This document shows positions 17,401 through 26,670 of a DNA stretch of 50,535 bases, piece by piece. The stretch comes from a virus. Lineage: Duplodnaviria; Caudoviricetes. The notes under the pieces are model-generated. The model saw nothing but the letters and a program-made list of their open reading frames with translations. It had not been told where the DNA came from and did not search any database. A program made the translations under genes and the position numbers. Where the stretch lies: IMG/VR virus record IMGVR_UViG_3300030098_005177, positions 1 to 50,535 of that record; one strand, given 5' to 3'. How positions within the stretch are numbered: the stretch's first letter is position 1; each line of letters begins with the position of its first letter.

Positions 17401-20400
17401 TGATATTTGAACACCTTTCTTGAGAGATTCATATCCTGTACTAGATTCTTCTAGAGGCTCATATATAGGATCTTCCAAAGGAGATTCTTTGGATTTAACA
17501 TAATCTTTCTGTACTTCTGCAGCTTTATCTGCAATTTTCCTTGCCTCTTTAAAGCTTGTCATAGACGTTGTTTCGGCCGCATCAACCATATCTATTAAAT
17601 CACCTGTTACTTTGTCTATATTTTTATCACTAATCTCACGAGACATATAGCCCAATCGTGAAGTAGATGTCTTTGAAGCACGCATCCTCATATCCCGTAT
17701 AAGGTTCTTTACTGGAACTAAAGAAGACTTCTTGCCAAGACCTTTTTCTAAAGCGTCAATAGCCTCTAGCTCACCACGCCTTAAAGAACCTAGCATCATA
17801 TGGTCAAATAGATCTTGCTCTTTTGTGCTAAGATTATTTTTAAATTTTCGAATTTGAGAGTCGATTATAGATTGATCTAGTTTACGAGAACGCTCCCCTG
17901 CTAATGCATATCTTAATTCTGGAGGTAAAGTTGCTAACTTTTCAGGACTTTTCTTTGCCCATTCCAATATAAAATCTCTTGATAGAGAGTCAATATCCTT
18001 TAAAGAAAGCGTGATATCTGATCCAGTATCTCTACCCATTAGCCAAGATTTATTCTTTAAATCTTCTACCTTTTTACTTATCTTTTCTACATTTGCTAAT
18101 TCCGATTTAGACATATCCCCGGTTATTTCATATATATTCTTCAGAGTAATCATATCTGTTAAATCATTATATAAAAAGTCTTCAGACAATCTGTTTAATT
18201 TTTCAAGAATATTCATTCTTTGCGTGACGCTTTTATCCCATTCGACAATATCTTGATTTTTTAAGCCAACTTTATTTTTCCAAAATATTTCATCACCAAT
18301 TTTTTTATTAAATTCAATCCCCAGCAAATTTTTAAAAATATCTTTATCGTTAGCTATTTCTTCTCTAAATCTAGGATTATGAAGCTCTTTGCTTAACGCC
18401 AATTCAATTAATTTTGTCTCTGGGACTTTAAAGCTTGATCTGCCTAATTGCCTTTTAAGCCACTTAAATTCATCAACATTTTTATTAACTTCAGTATATA
18501 GATCTTCAATCTTCTTTTTATCAATTCTTCTATAAATTGAATCAGTCCAATCTAATGGACCTAAAAGTCTGCCTGTTTTAGCTAAAGAGCTGCCCATCTG
18601 AGGCTCTGAAAGATTGAAAGCTCCTCCAGCCATATCTTGTATTTCAGACATAGTATATCGTCTGCCCTCAGCCCAATTACGTCCCCAAAATGCACTATTA
18701 ATATCTTTAAAGCTATTATATAAAGGGCTTTGTAAGTCAGATGCAGATAAATCAGCAGGATTAATATACTTAACCTCTTTACCCTTTTTATTAAATATTC
18801 CCTTTATCTTGAAATGGGAATCAAATAATTGCTTAAACCAAACTGAATGAGATTTCATACCTAATTCATCCATAGGGTCAGAAGCAAAAGCAACCTCAGC
18901 ACGTGCTACACCTCTAGCATAATCCCTAAAGCGCTTATCAGAACGCGGTTCTATTATTATCTGCAATTCTTCAACTTTACCGGTCTTTTCATTAAACCAT
19001 TGTAAAGGAATTACCTCTTCCTTAGCAGGCGACTTAAGAGCTGCAGCGTGAGCTGCTGCCATCATTTGCTTAGGAACTATAGCAGACATACCTAAGGCCA
19101 TACGTCCTTGTACAGTAGCCTCTGATATCCTCATACGCTCTGTAGGAGAATACATAGCTCCTAAAGAACCAAAGTGTGCTTTTTGTTTAGGGGTTAAATC
19201 TCCGCTAATAGTAAGCAAATCTCTAAAAGTTTTGATATTGTCACTTATTCCTAATTCTTTTTTAATATCAGAAGGAATTTCAGCGCTCTTATTATCACGC
19301 ACTATTGTACGTTTACCTACTTTTTCATAAAATTCTTCTTTATTGGCGTGAATAGCATCTTTCCAGGACTTTCTCATTCCGTGAGCTTCATCACCAAAAA
19401 AGAAAAACGCTTCGTCACCATCAAGATCTGCACCACCAAGAGCCCGCATTGATTTAGAATGTAATAAGATGCCGTGCCCATCTCTACCAGTAAATCCACC
19501 AAACTTTAATATATGAGCACCAGATATAGAATCCATAGGGACACGATAAACCACAGCCCTCAATACTTCTTCAGCCTCCTTTTTAGCAAATTCTAAATGG
19601 CCTTTTTCATAGGCTTCATAAAATTCTCCTAGGGTGGTATTTTCCATTCCTCTAATAGACGTTTTTAATTTCTGAGCCTTGTAAGCGTTATCTAAAAAGA
19701 ATACCGTACTATCTTTATTGGCACCATCTTTTGCATCAGCTAATAATCTTTTATTGGCTTTGTCAAGATTATGCTGCATAGCTAAATCATATGGGCGTAT
19801 TCTAGCAACACCTGAATTTAATACTTTAGGCTTAGTAGCTTCACGCACTATATAATTTCTAAAGGCCTGCATTCTCCAATCACGCATTTCTTTATGGAGA
19901 AGCACTGCTATAGGAGATTTTTTATCTTTTTGGGTAGAAATATATCTTAAGGCAGAATTAATCCTGCGTTCTGCTTGAGACTCGAAGTCTCCTAATTCTT
20001 GAATAGACCTGTCATATTGCTCTTTAGTTATCTCTCCTGATGCCACATCCTCTTTAAAAGATCTTCTTTGAAGCCTAAGCATCTCTCTATAAGCCATATC
20101 AGCAAATTCTGGGTTATTAGGATCCTTCATAGCATCTAAAATTTGAGTTATACCAAGTTCGTTAAAGTTTTTCCTTAAATTCTTTAATTTAGATAGACTA
20201 GGTTCAGCCTGATAGTCAAGCAGTAAATTGTTATATTTTTCACTGCCGTTAAAACGCTCACCTACCAGGGAATTAAATACATCATCAATAACTTCTCTAG
20301 GTACAGGAACTTTAGTATTCTCTAATAATGCTCCTAATAACTGTTTTGCTACCCTTTGAGGATGAGTCATCTCTGCACTATTCACTACAGAATAATTATA

Positions 20401-23400
20401 TTTAATATCAGAAGGGTTTAAGGAATATGATGATCCTTTAAATTTTGGGATATTTTTTTCTATATTCAATTCCCCAAAGCCTCGTCTTCCACGTTGCTTT
20501 ACTGCGCTCTCTTGCATATACATATGGAGATTAGCTTTTTCCATCGCCTCAGACATCTTGGGGCCAGCTTTATGAATCATATACTTACCAAGCAATGCTC
20601 CTAAAGGTTGACCTAATACATCGGACTCACCGCGTGATATTATAAAAGATTTATTTTGACCTGAAGAAGGCATCCCTGCATCTAGTAATAGCGCATCTAC
20701 AACCTTATCGTGCATCACTATTGCACCATCAACGTGTTCTCCTAATTGATTTGAATCCCTTAAGACCTCAGAAGAAAATAAGGGATCATAATCTTTATGA
20801 TTTTTATCCATTTTATTTCTAATGGATTCAGGCAAATCACGTATTATTGTATAATTTAATTTTCCATCGCCATTATAATCTAAACCTTCTTTTTCTAAAT
20901 TCTTTTTAGTGTAAACATTATCACCAGGAATTGCATCTGTAAACCATATTTGAGAACGCTTATTAAAAGCTTTGGAAGATGTTATAAAATCATTATTTTT
21001 AGAAGTAAATTCTTTTATAGAAGCATTTAAATCAACCCAATTCTCTGTTTTAAAACCATTCATCTGTAGGTCATATAGTAAATTAGATAAATAGGACTTC
21101 TTAAAATAATCTTTAGTCTTAATTATATTGCCTACGTTAAAATTAGCTATAAATTCTTTTTCAGCAATTTTATAATCATTAAGCATCTTATTGTCACGCA
21201 GGAGTTTATTGAATTTAGTAACGCCTAAAGTCTCAAAGTTTTTTAACCTAGGATTAAACTTTACAAAATACATTCTATCATTATCACCCTTACCGCCATA
21301 AAGATAGAAATCTTTTTCATCCGCCTTCCTCATAGCTCTGCCAATTAGATTATTATATTCTCTTCTAGCTTCCGCCATATTCTTTTTATTCTTGTAGAAT
21401 AAATTACTATTTAAATATCTGTTAGGAGATACATCAATAGCATTTCCATATTTATCTGTAGTAGTTATATGGTCTAATACGGATAAAGAGGTACCCTTAC
21501 CACCTTGTTCAGCAAAAGCAATTTGAATAGCGGTGTCAGGAGCAAGTAAATATTTTTTTTGACCAGCACCAGTAATAGGGGCCCTTGAATCACCCTCTTT
21601 ATTTAAAAATTTTAAACCATACTTATCATCAAGGCCTAAGACTATAACTTGAGAAGAAAGATTTCTTCTTGCCATTTGCTGCCTTAGTCGTCCTCTTGAT
21701 TCTCTATCAAGCTTTACTTCAAATCTTTTAGATAAGTCATTAGCCCATTGTTCAGATTTGTTTTCTACTGTATTTGTAGCATACTGCTCTTTTGATGTTT
21801 GCATATATTCAGCAATCTCAAATTGCTTCATCCTATTCATACTAGCTTCGCCTATATCCCAGGCATCTCTCATATATCTTTCTACAAACTTTAATGGACC
21901 GTGCCCAACTCCTCTGTTCCCTATATCTAAGTCTTCTTTACTATACGACTCCTCAATAGGCTCACCTTTTAATATTTCTCCAGTTACAACGTCATATTGA
22001 TAAATTCTTCCTTCATTAGCCTTCTCTGTATACTCAGCTTCTAAAGCATCACGTTCTTTTTCTAGAAGTTCTATATCCTTTTTAGATAACTTACTTTCCT
22101 TTAAAGAGCCTTTTGCTATTTTCCCCTCTATATTTTTAATTTCAGACTCTAAATGGTCTAAATAATTTTTACGAGTATCTTTAGTTTCAATTGCTTTCTT
22201 TATTTCAGCAGCTTCTGCCTTAGAAGGCTGTACTTTCTTTAACTTATAATTCTCCGTCACAAACTTAAGCACGGCTTCTTTAACGTGAAGTGGAATATCA
22301 GTACTTCGAGTCTTAGGGTTATAAAATCTAGTCCCAATAGCCGCCCATTCTTTTGGAGGTGGGGAAGGTTTTTCTATAGGTATGAAACGATTGGCTTTAT
22401 AGTCAAAGTTGTGCCATTTTTTTGAACTTACATCATAAACATTAATCTTTAAACCTTTATCTCGAGCCATCTGGACTCCCCATCCAGTTCCGCCTTTTAC
22501 AGTCCTTCCAATAAGACCTAGCTTCTGGCTTCTTTCTTTAGCAGGTCCAGTTAAATCTGCTGTAGACTTGACTATATCACCAACAGCATATACTGCAGAA
22601 GCGTTTTTAATTTGCCACCAATTCCTTCTAATAGCATTCCATCCACCTTGTGATAATCTTGATAAGTCTCTTCCAAGAGTTTGATTAGCTTGAGCTACAC
22701 GTGTATTGGCTGATTCAAGCTGACTTTCAGTTAACTTATGAGTTCTTAATCCTTTAGCATCAGCGTGACCTAATCTTTGGCCCCCTTTAAAACTGTAGTG
22801 AATCACAGGAACGCCCATATCAGTTAACGCGCTTCCCCATAATTGATCAGAGCCTTTTGCTCCACCAGACATTACTATCGCTTTAAATTTTTTGAGAGTC
22901 TCCTTAGTTGGTACGTATGTAGTTTCACCAGTACCTTTTTCAATCCGAGTTTCGAATCCTTCGATATCTTGCTTAACTTCTTTTCCAACTTTTTCAGGGG
23001 CAAACTCCTCTCCTAAATATGAAGATACATAACGCCTCATAGCTGGATCCCCATACCCTTTAAATTCAGTACCAGGTATACCATAAGCAGCGTATTTTTT
23101 TATAAGTGGCTTAATCTCTGAGGGCAATTCAGCCCAATCTGGATGCAATTCAGGATCTCTATGGACATCCATTTCCTTATCAGTTTTAGCCATCTTATCC
23201 ATTTTACCAATAAATTTTCTAGCTTTAGCTACAGTCCAAGATGTTTCTTGGCCTCCAAAGTATGCTCCCATAACATACTCATATATTTGCTCTGGAGTAG
23301 TGGCACCACGCATAGTGGTAGGCAGTCCCATAAATAGCGATCCCGACAGAGCTCTCACTCCCTTTTGCATCTTTTCACTGCCATCAATTTTTATATTTCC

Positions 23401-24072
23401 TATCAATCTAAATACAGCCCCTGCCTGAGCACCACCAACAAATGAATCTAACATATGGTCTACACCACCTTGCCAAGATGAAATTGCACTTGCAGTACCT
23501 AAATGGAACGCTCCCTCCATAATATGGCGTGCTTTATGTCCTGTTAGCATATTCGCAACAGTATTTGCAGCATCAGATCTTTTTGAATGTACAGTATTTA
23601 AAACTGGTTTAACTACTGATTTTGCTTTTTTGGTAAGGAAATTAGCACCCATCATAGGTACTGACTTATTATTTAATGCAGCGGCAACTTTAGCTAAGTT
23701 TTTAGCTCCAACCAATTTAGCTGGACCGGCAACTATTCCAGGCGCAAAACCAGCTAAGTGGCCTAAATTTCTAAATATCTGTTCGTATTCATTATCGGCA
23801 GGATCAGCAACATTAACAGTAGTAAAACCTTCAATAAATCCAGCACCAGCCTGTTTAATTGCATCAATTAAATCAAACTCACCTTCGTAAAAAGGTACAT
23901 TATAATAATGAGCGTGCTGTCTAATTGCATCTAATCTATCTTGATAAAGGTTAGGTGTATTATTATATTGCTTTATTAGTTGTCTAGTAGTACTTTCGTC
24001 CCAACTAGGTTGAAATTGCTCCTGTGTCTGCTCCTTAGGTGCCCCAGGATTTGCTGATGTAAATAGTGACAT
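14476..24072 (-). CDS. Giant virion-associated two-barrel RNA polymerase (crAss-like vRNAP) with SLOG domain
   Basis: 3198 aa; YRVP...GGAD1549LDGD catalytic loop; upstream HVDG, KSFI, LGKY, QESAVK motifs; SLOG motifs SGGAKGSD, RRN, GGTGW at aa ~400-530; encoded after the ejection proteins. Confidence 0.85.
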   Translation of the reverse strand: MSLFTSANPGAPKEQTQEQFQPSWDESTTRQLIKQYNNTPNLYQDRLDAIRQHAHYYNVPFYEGEFDLIDAIKQAGAGFIEGFTTVNVADPADNEYEQIFRNLGHLAGFAPGIVAGPAKLVGAKNLAKVAAALNNKSVPMMGANFLTKKAKSVVKPVLNTVHSKRSDAANTVANMLTGHKARHIMEGAFHLGTASAISSWQGGVDHMLDSFVGGAQAGAVFRLIGNIKIDGSEKMQKGVRALSGSLFMGLPTTMRGATTPEQIYEYVMGAYFGGQETSWTVAKARKFIGKMDKMAKTDKEMDVHRDPELHPDWAELPSEIKPLIKKYAAYGIPGTEFKGYGDPAMRRYVSSYLGEEFAPEKVGKEVKQDIEGFETRIEKGTGETTYVPTKETLKKFKAIVMSGGAKGSDQLWGSALTDMGVPVIHYSFKGGQRLGHADAKGLRTHKLTESQLESANTRVAQANQTLGRDLSRLSQGGWNAIRRNWWQIKNASAVYAVGDIVKSTADLTGPAKERSQKLGLIGRTVKGGTGWGVQMARDKGLKINVYDVSSKKWHNFDYKANRFIPIEKPSPPPKEWAAIGTRFYNPKTRSTDIPLHVKEAVLKFVTENYKLKKVQPSKAEAAEIKKAIETKDTRKNYLDHLESEIKNIEGKIAKGSLKESKLSKKDIELLEKERDALEAEYTEKANEGRIYQYDVVTGEILKGEPIEESYSKEDLDIGNRGVGHGPLKFVERYMRDAWDIGEASMNRMKQFEIAEYMQTSKEQYATNTVENKSEQWANDLSKRFEVKLDRESRGRLRQQMARRNLSSQVIVLGLDDKYGLKFLNKEGDSRAPITGAGQKKYLLAPDTAIQIAFAEQGGKGTSLSVLDHITTTDKYGNAIDVSPNRYLNSNLFYKNKKNMAEARREYNNLIGRAMRKADEKDFYLYGGKGDNDRMYFVKFNPRLKNFETLGVTKFNKLLRDNKMLNDYKIAEKEFIANFNVGNIIKTKDYFKKSYLSNLLYDLQMNGFKTENWVDLNASIKEFTSKNNDFITSSKAFNKRSQIWFTDAIPGDNVYTKKNLEKEGLDYNGDGKLNYTIIRDLPESIRNKMDKNHKDYDPLFSSEVLRDSNQLGEHVDGAIVMHDKVVDALLLDAGMPSSGQNKSFIISRGESDVLGQPLGALLGKYMIHKAGPKMSEAMEKANLHMYMQESAVKQRGRRGFGELNIEKNIPKFKGSSYSLNPSDIKYNYSVVNSAEMTHPQRVAKQLLGALLENTKVPVPREVIDDVFNSLVGERFNGSEKYNNLLLDYQAEPSLSKLKNLRKNFNELGITQILDAMKDPNNPEFADMAYREMLRLQRRSFKEDVASGEITKEQYDRSIQELGDFESQAERRINSALRYISTQKDKKSPIAVLLHKEMRDWRMQAFRNYIVREATKPKVLNSGVARIRPYDLAMQHNLDKANKRLLADAKDGANKDSTVFFLDNAYKAQKLKTSIRGMENTTLGEFYEAYEKGHLEFAKKEAEEVLRAVVYRVPMDSISGAHILKFGGFTGRDGHGILLHSKSMRALGGADLDGDEAFFFFGDEAHGMRKSWKDAIHANKEEFYEKVGKRTIVRDNKSAEIPSDIKKELGISDNIKTFRDLLTISGDLTPKQKAHFGSLGAMYSPTERMRISEATVQGRMALGMSAIVPKQMMAAAHAAALKSPAKEEVIPLQWFNEKTGKVEELQIIIEPRSDKRFRDYARGVARAEVAFASDPMDELGMKSHSVWFKQLFDSHFKIKGIFNKKGKEVKYINPADLSASDLQSPLYNSFKDINSAFWGRNWAEGRRYTMSEIQDMAGGAFNLSEPQMGSSLAKTGRLLGPLDWTDSIYRRIDKKKIEDLYTEVNKNVDEFKWLKRQLGRSSFKVPETKLIELALSKELHNPRFREEIANDKDIFKNLLGIEFNKKIGDEIFWKNKVGLKNQDIVEWDKSVTQRMNILEKLNRLSEDFLYNDLTDMITLKNIYEITGDMSKSELANVEKISKKVEDLKNKSWLMGRDTGSDITLSLKDIDSLSRDFILEWAKKSPEKLATLPPELRYALAGERSRKLDQSIIDSQIRKFKNNLSTKEQDLFDHMMLGSLRRGELEAIDALEKGLGKKSSLVPVKNLIRDMRMRASKTSTSRLGYMSREISDKNIDKVTGDLIDMVDAAETTSMTSFKEARKIADKAAEVQKDYVKSKESPLEDPIYEPLEESSTGYESLKKGVQISDLPKDMRSVMSELVANIRTYNNKVGKNINEIIRGFFNKDLNALNLEEFRALNEWFKDIKRGTIWQQIFDKKGLQKLQKRHWYLFPKTINRELMRDNIELMEQEGFYFTKDARRLKGVIKVPTHYIDITQQWIARMNDASTEQTEYYIRDLKERLLFVDSIPDGEILRQIAVRKREHGYANWASKLNPFEKAQYIKAYKDIIKEHSALLSKNYNIKLPGKEVKTYTGSEVVDIISKEYTNIFKEQHRLMTGKVDADGVNLALKEGGFIKGFLDPANKRNPIIDVPKFIRHLTTAWKQGKNPSLDFGIDGLKSVARSMMLDLANRPEYKELRNAIKKSENRTNKIDYNFYWPHMFFNKKKASESFKKAYAKIESTPLKDFHTDIEKAKELKANELKKLIHKHHNVTGEWKIEDINDWNAYSEAIEAIDAKRADAKDKIKWFTSNEGTGSMQTRGSHIEGWSVDSNVPETYIRSTTNAYYRQLSQIFSRNILDRMYKVINESQGKDQADAWNQFMRLYVQDAMGNPTNIPDHYLNNKNLKLQGTAYAWWADNKSAERIDKIKEKLGLMDMTLPSELRKTDLETVRNIANLEAQYQMASLLAHPKSMVTNIFGGSAHTIQSAGWASFKNARSIQWLKKNINNDWNSMSDVSDFVERTGVVPEYMLYESGLKAEFKQAKNKQFIQEVADKLTKNPKMTETTLKDIAQKYKVKDNIMQFAAKFMTVPERAIRRDAFMAHYINAWNKLGGALKDPNHPYIIEMAKKGVKATQFLYSAPFRPAFARSALGKVMTRFQLWSWNAVRFRNDIWREAKMYGLKPGTEAYDKFVRTAQIDIFVFALANAFAYSLFETALPAPWNWFQDTADWIFGDETERDRAFFGQWPKQLAPLQMVTPPVFRLLPSSMRALVDDDWSKVSQYYVWTMFPFGRMARDIAGPGNLIENPIRVLEKTTGFPLLQAQKKITKLKEEDREITTPGTGLV

Positions 24073-24081
24073 AATCTCCCA

Positions 24082-25242
24082 TTAATTCATATCTTTTAAA
24101 ATATTATATATTTGTATAACATCACTTGCTAGTAATCCTCCTCCTATAATAGCTCCAACCCCAGTTCCTGTTAAAGCAGCTTTAGAAAATACAGAGCCTG
24201 CTAATTTATAGCCGCCACCTTTAACTACTGCTGCCATAACTTTTTTTAAACCGTGCTTCTTTATCTTATCTCTTATTAAAGAAGTTACAGCTGGAACTCC
24301 TGGAGCTAATGCAGCACCTGTTGCTGCGGCACCTCCTGCAGACCCTATAAGCTCTCCCATTCGCTCATCATCAAATACTTTAGTTCCTGCAGCCCTAATC
24401 GCTTCAGTCCCTAGACCATAACCCAATAAAGGACCTGCCTTACCAAGCCTACCAGCTTGCTTCATTAATTTTTTAGAAGCACTCATATTGGCATCAGCTT
24501 TCATCTTTTTTACTTTTGCTTTTGTATCTCTTGTAATTTTTGCTTTAGCAGGACCTTTAGCTGATTTATATTCAGGGCTATCCTTGTATTCTTTCAATAT
24601 TTTATCTGCCTCACTGATTTTCTTAGTAGCATCTCTATCTGAAAGATATTGAGCAGCTCCTCCAACACCAGCAACCCCTAAGGCAGCACGCCTTACATCT
24701 GATCCTGTTAAGCTATCCATAAAGCTTTTTCTTGGTGCATATTCAGAGAACATTGTCCCATAGTTTGCACCTTGTGCCGGATCACTAATGAGGCTATTAT
24801 AGCTTTGTGCAAACACTGGATTATCTCCTAAAGCATTACGTATTTCGCTATTAGAATATCCAGCTGCACTAAATTTTGTTATATCAGTTTTTAATTTATT
24901 AGCGTGCATCCCAGCCATTTCTGAGTACATTTGTTTAAAAGCGCCATAGTCTTCCATCCCAACTGACTTATCATACTTCTTATATACATCTTTATATTTA
25001 GACCACGCATCTTGGAAATTGGGTAAAACAAAGTCACTCTGGTAAGATAGGTCTCCATCTATTACAGTAAGGCCTCCTTCTCCCATAGTGTTGTTTAAAA
25101 AATAACTACTTAATTCTTTTCTAATATTTTTGGCCTTAGCAGCATCTATTACTTGAGGAATAGAAGCTAATGCTTGCAAACCAGCCCCAACAGCTGATGG
25201 AGCATTTTGCATATAAGGGCCTTTAGGGAATTGTAATGCCAT
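24082..25242 (-). CDS. Putative internal virion / ejection protein
   Basis: Gly/Ala-rich amphipathic C-terminus; located upstream of the vRNAP gene. Confidence 0.55.
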   Translation of the reverse strand: MALQFPKGPYMQNAPSAVGAGLQALASIPQVIDAAKAKNIRKELSSYFLNNTMGEGGLTVIDGDLSYQSDFVLPNFQDAWSKYKDVYKKYDKSVGMEDYGAFKQMYSEMAGMHANKLKTDITKFSAAGYSNSEIRNALGDNPVFAQSYNSLISDPAQGANYGTMFSEYAPRKSFMDSLTGSDVRRAALGVAGVGGAAQYLSDRDATKKISEADKILKEYKDSPEYKSAKGPAKAKITRDTKAKVKKMKADANMSASKKLMKQAGRLGKAGPLLGYGLGTEAIRAAGTKVFDDERMGELIGSAGGAAATGAALAPGVPAVTSLIRDKIKKHGLKKVMAAVVKGGGYKLAGSVFSKAALTGTGVGAIIGGGLLASDVIQIYNILKDMN

Positions 25243-25257
25243 AATTTACCTCTCTAT

Positions 25258-25944
25258 TTAAGGGGCTGTTCTTAAAAAATCTAAAAATCCACCTAACCGA
25301 CTTCTTTCATCTGGCATCCCCTCAGAAACGCCAGTTTCCAAAGGTTCTGCAGAATAACCTGGGTTTCTATCCATAAATACAGATAAAGGTTCATTCGGTA
25401 TAGGTTCAACGCTTTCCCAGGCGCCAGTTAAAGGATTCATTTCTGCATAAGGTGAAAGTGGATCACCAGAATAGGTATCTGGAACACCCTCTTTAGACTG
25501 TTTGTACATATCCCATATACCTAACCAATAGTCAGCTTGGTCTCCAAGAAAAGATTTAGACCCTTCAAGTAAGGAGCTCATTTTAGACATTTCAGGGATT
25601 GTTCCATCAGCAGCCCCAATCCAATCATTATAGCTCATTGACTCTCTGCCTCTTGGCTTGTCAGTAGCCAATAAAGTTGAATAACCACTTAATTCATCAT
25701 CATCCCAATCAGGATCAGGACTATACCCTTCTTGACGTGCTTTAACTAATTCAGAGTAGTCGCCAGCACTTAATCCGCTGCCTTCTAAACTACTAGTATC
25801 AAAGCCTTGACTTTTAAGTTTATAATTTTGATATGCGTCAATTAATCCAGATATCCCAGATCCAACTCCAGACGCAAGTGTTTCTGCAGAAAAATCTGGA
25901 AGATTTATATTGCCTTTTCCAATATCTTCAAAGTTAATAGCCAT
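25258..25944 (-). CDS. Putative internal virion protein (acidic)
   Basis: 228 aa, position in the ejection cluster, TAATG overlap. Confidence 0.5.
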   Translation of the reverse strand: MAINFEDIGKGNINLPDFSAETLASGVGSGISGLIDAYQNYKLKSQGFDTSSLEGSGLSAGDYSELVKARQEGYSPDPDWDDDELSGYSTLLATDKPRGRESMSYNDWIGAADGTIPEMSKMSSLLEGSKSFLGDQADYWLGIWDMYKQSKEGVPDTYSGDPLSPYAEMNPLTGAWESVEPIPNEPLSVFMDRNPGYSAEPLETGVSEGMPDERSRLGGFLDFLRTAP

Positions 25945-26600
25945 TAAATAGCTCCTTGTCCTAATAAATTGCCTCCAAATTGAAATAATCCACTCGCTGC
26001 ATTATTCCACCAGTTTGCATTTGCAGCTTGCTGTTGGTTAGCTAAGTCTCTATTGGCGATTTGAGCTTGCATTATATTCTCACTTAAACCTTGCATACCA
26101 CCTAAAGCCTGTTGCGTCATACCTGCACCTTGCTGGCCTAACATTCTAGATTGTCCCATTAAACCTTGACCTATACCCATATTCGCTTGATAGCCTTGCA
26201 AGAATTGCTGATTAGCTTGTGCCTGAGCATTTAGTTGATTAGCTTGAGATTGCGCTTGCAATATCCCAGAATTGACATTAGGATTGCGTTGTGCTAATTG
26301 ATTTTGAAGCGCTATAGAGTCCATAGATTGATCTAAAAGAGAACGTCTCATTAATTGGTTTTGCTCACTACCTATATCAAAAAATTGTTGTCCTTGGCTA
26401 TATAAATCATCTTCTCTACCTTGAAGTACTTTTACTCTATCGAGAAGTCCCTGATAACCTGCTTTAACCCCAGCTTGCTGATTGGCTATTGCGCCAACAT
26501 CATAAGGGCTAAAAGCTTTATCCATTGACTTCTTGCCTTGATAAGTGCTATAAGCACCCCCAAGTAAGCCTAGACCTCCTGCAATTAACATTGGGTTCAT
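25944..26600 (-). CDS. Putative DNA ejection / pilot protein
   Basis: Hydrophobic Gly-rich N-terminus then Gln/Ala/Gly-rich body, typical of podovirus ejection proteins. Confidence 0.65.
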   Translation of the reverse strand: MNPMLIAGGLGLLGGAYSTYQGKKSMDKAFSPYDVGAIANQQAGVKAGYQGLLDRVKVLQGREDDLYSQGQQFFDIGSEQNQLMRRSLLDQSMDSIALQNQLAQRNPNVNSGILQAQSQANQLNAQAQANQQFLQGYQANMGIGQGLMGQSRMLGQQGAGMTQQALGGMQGLSENIMQAQIANRDLANQQQAANANWWNNAASGLFQFGGNLLGQGAI

Positions 26601-26628
26601 TTTCTATCTTCTCCTTAAAAATACGTGT

Positions 26629-26658
26629 AATTTAGTAAATTTTTTAAACATTTTCCAA
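26629..26658 (-). promoter_or_regulatory. Putative promoter of the ejection protein / vRNAP operon
   Basis: TTGGAA-N18-TAAATT. Confidence 0.65.
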
Positions 26659-26670
26659 GCTCCTTTTATC

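Noticed and set aside
14787-23890. + strand ORFs of 60-90 aa inside the vRNAP gene (and similar antisense ORFs elsewhere, e.g. 6212-6775, 13889-14215, 34033-34305)
   Set aside because: Antisense shadows of well-supported genes.
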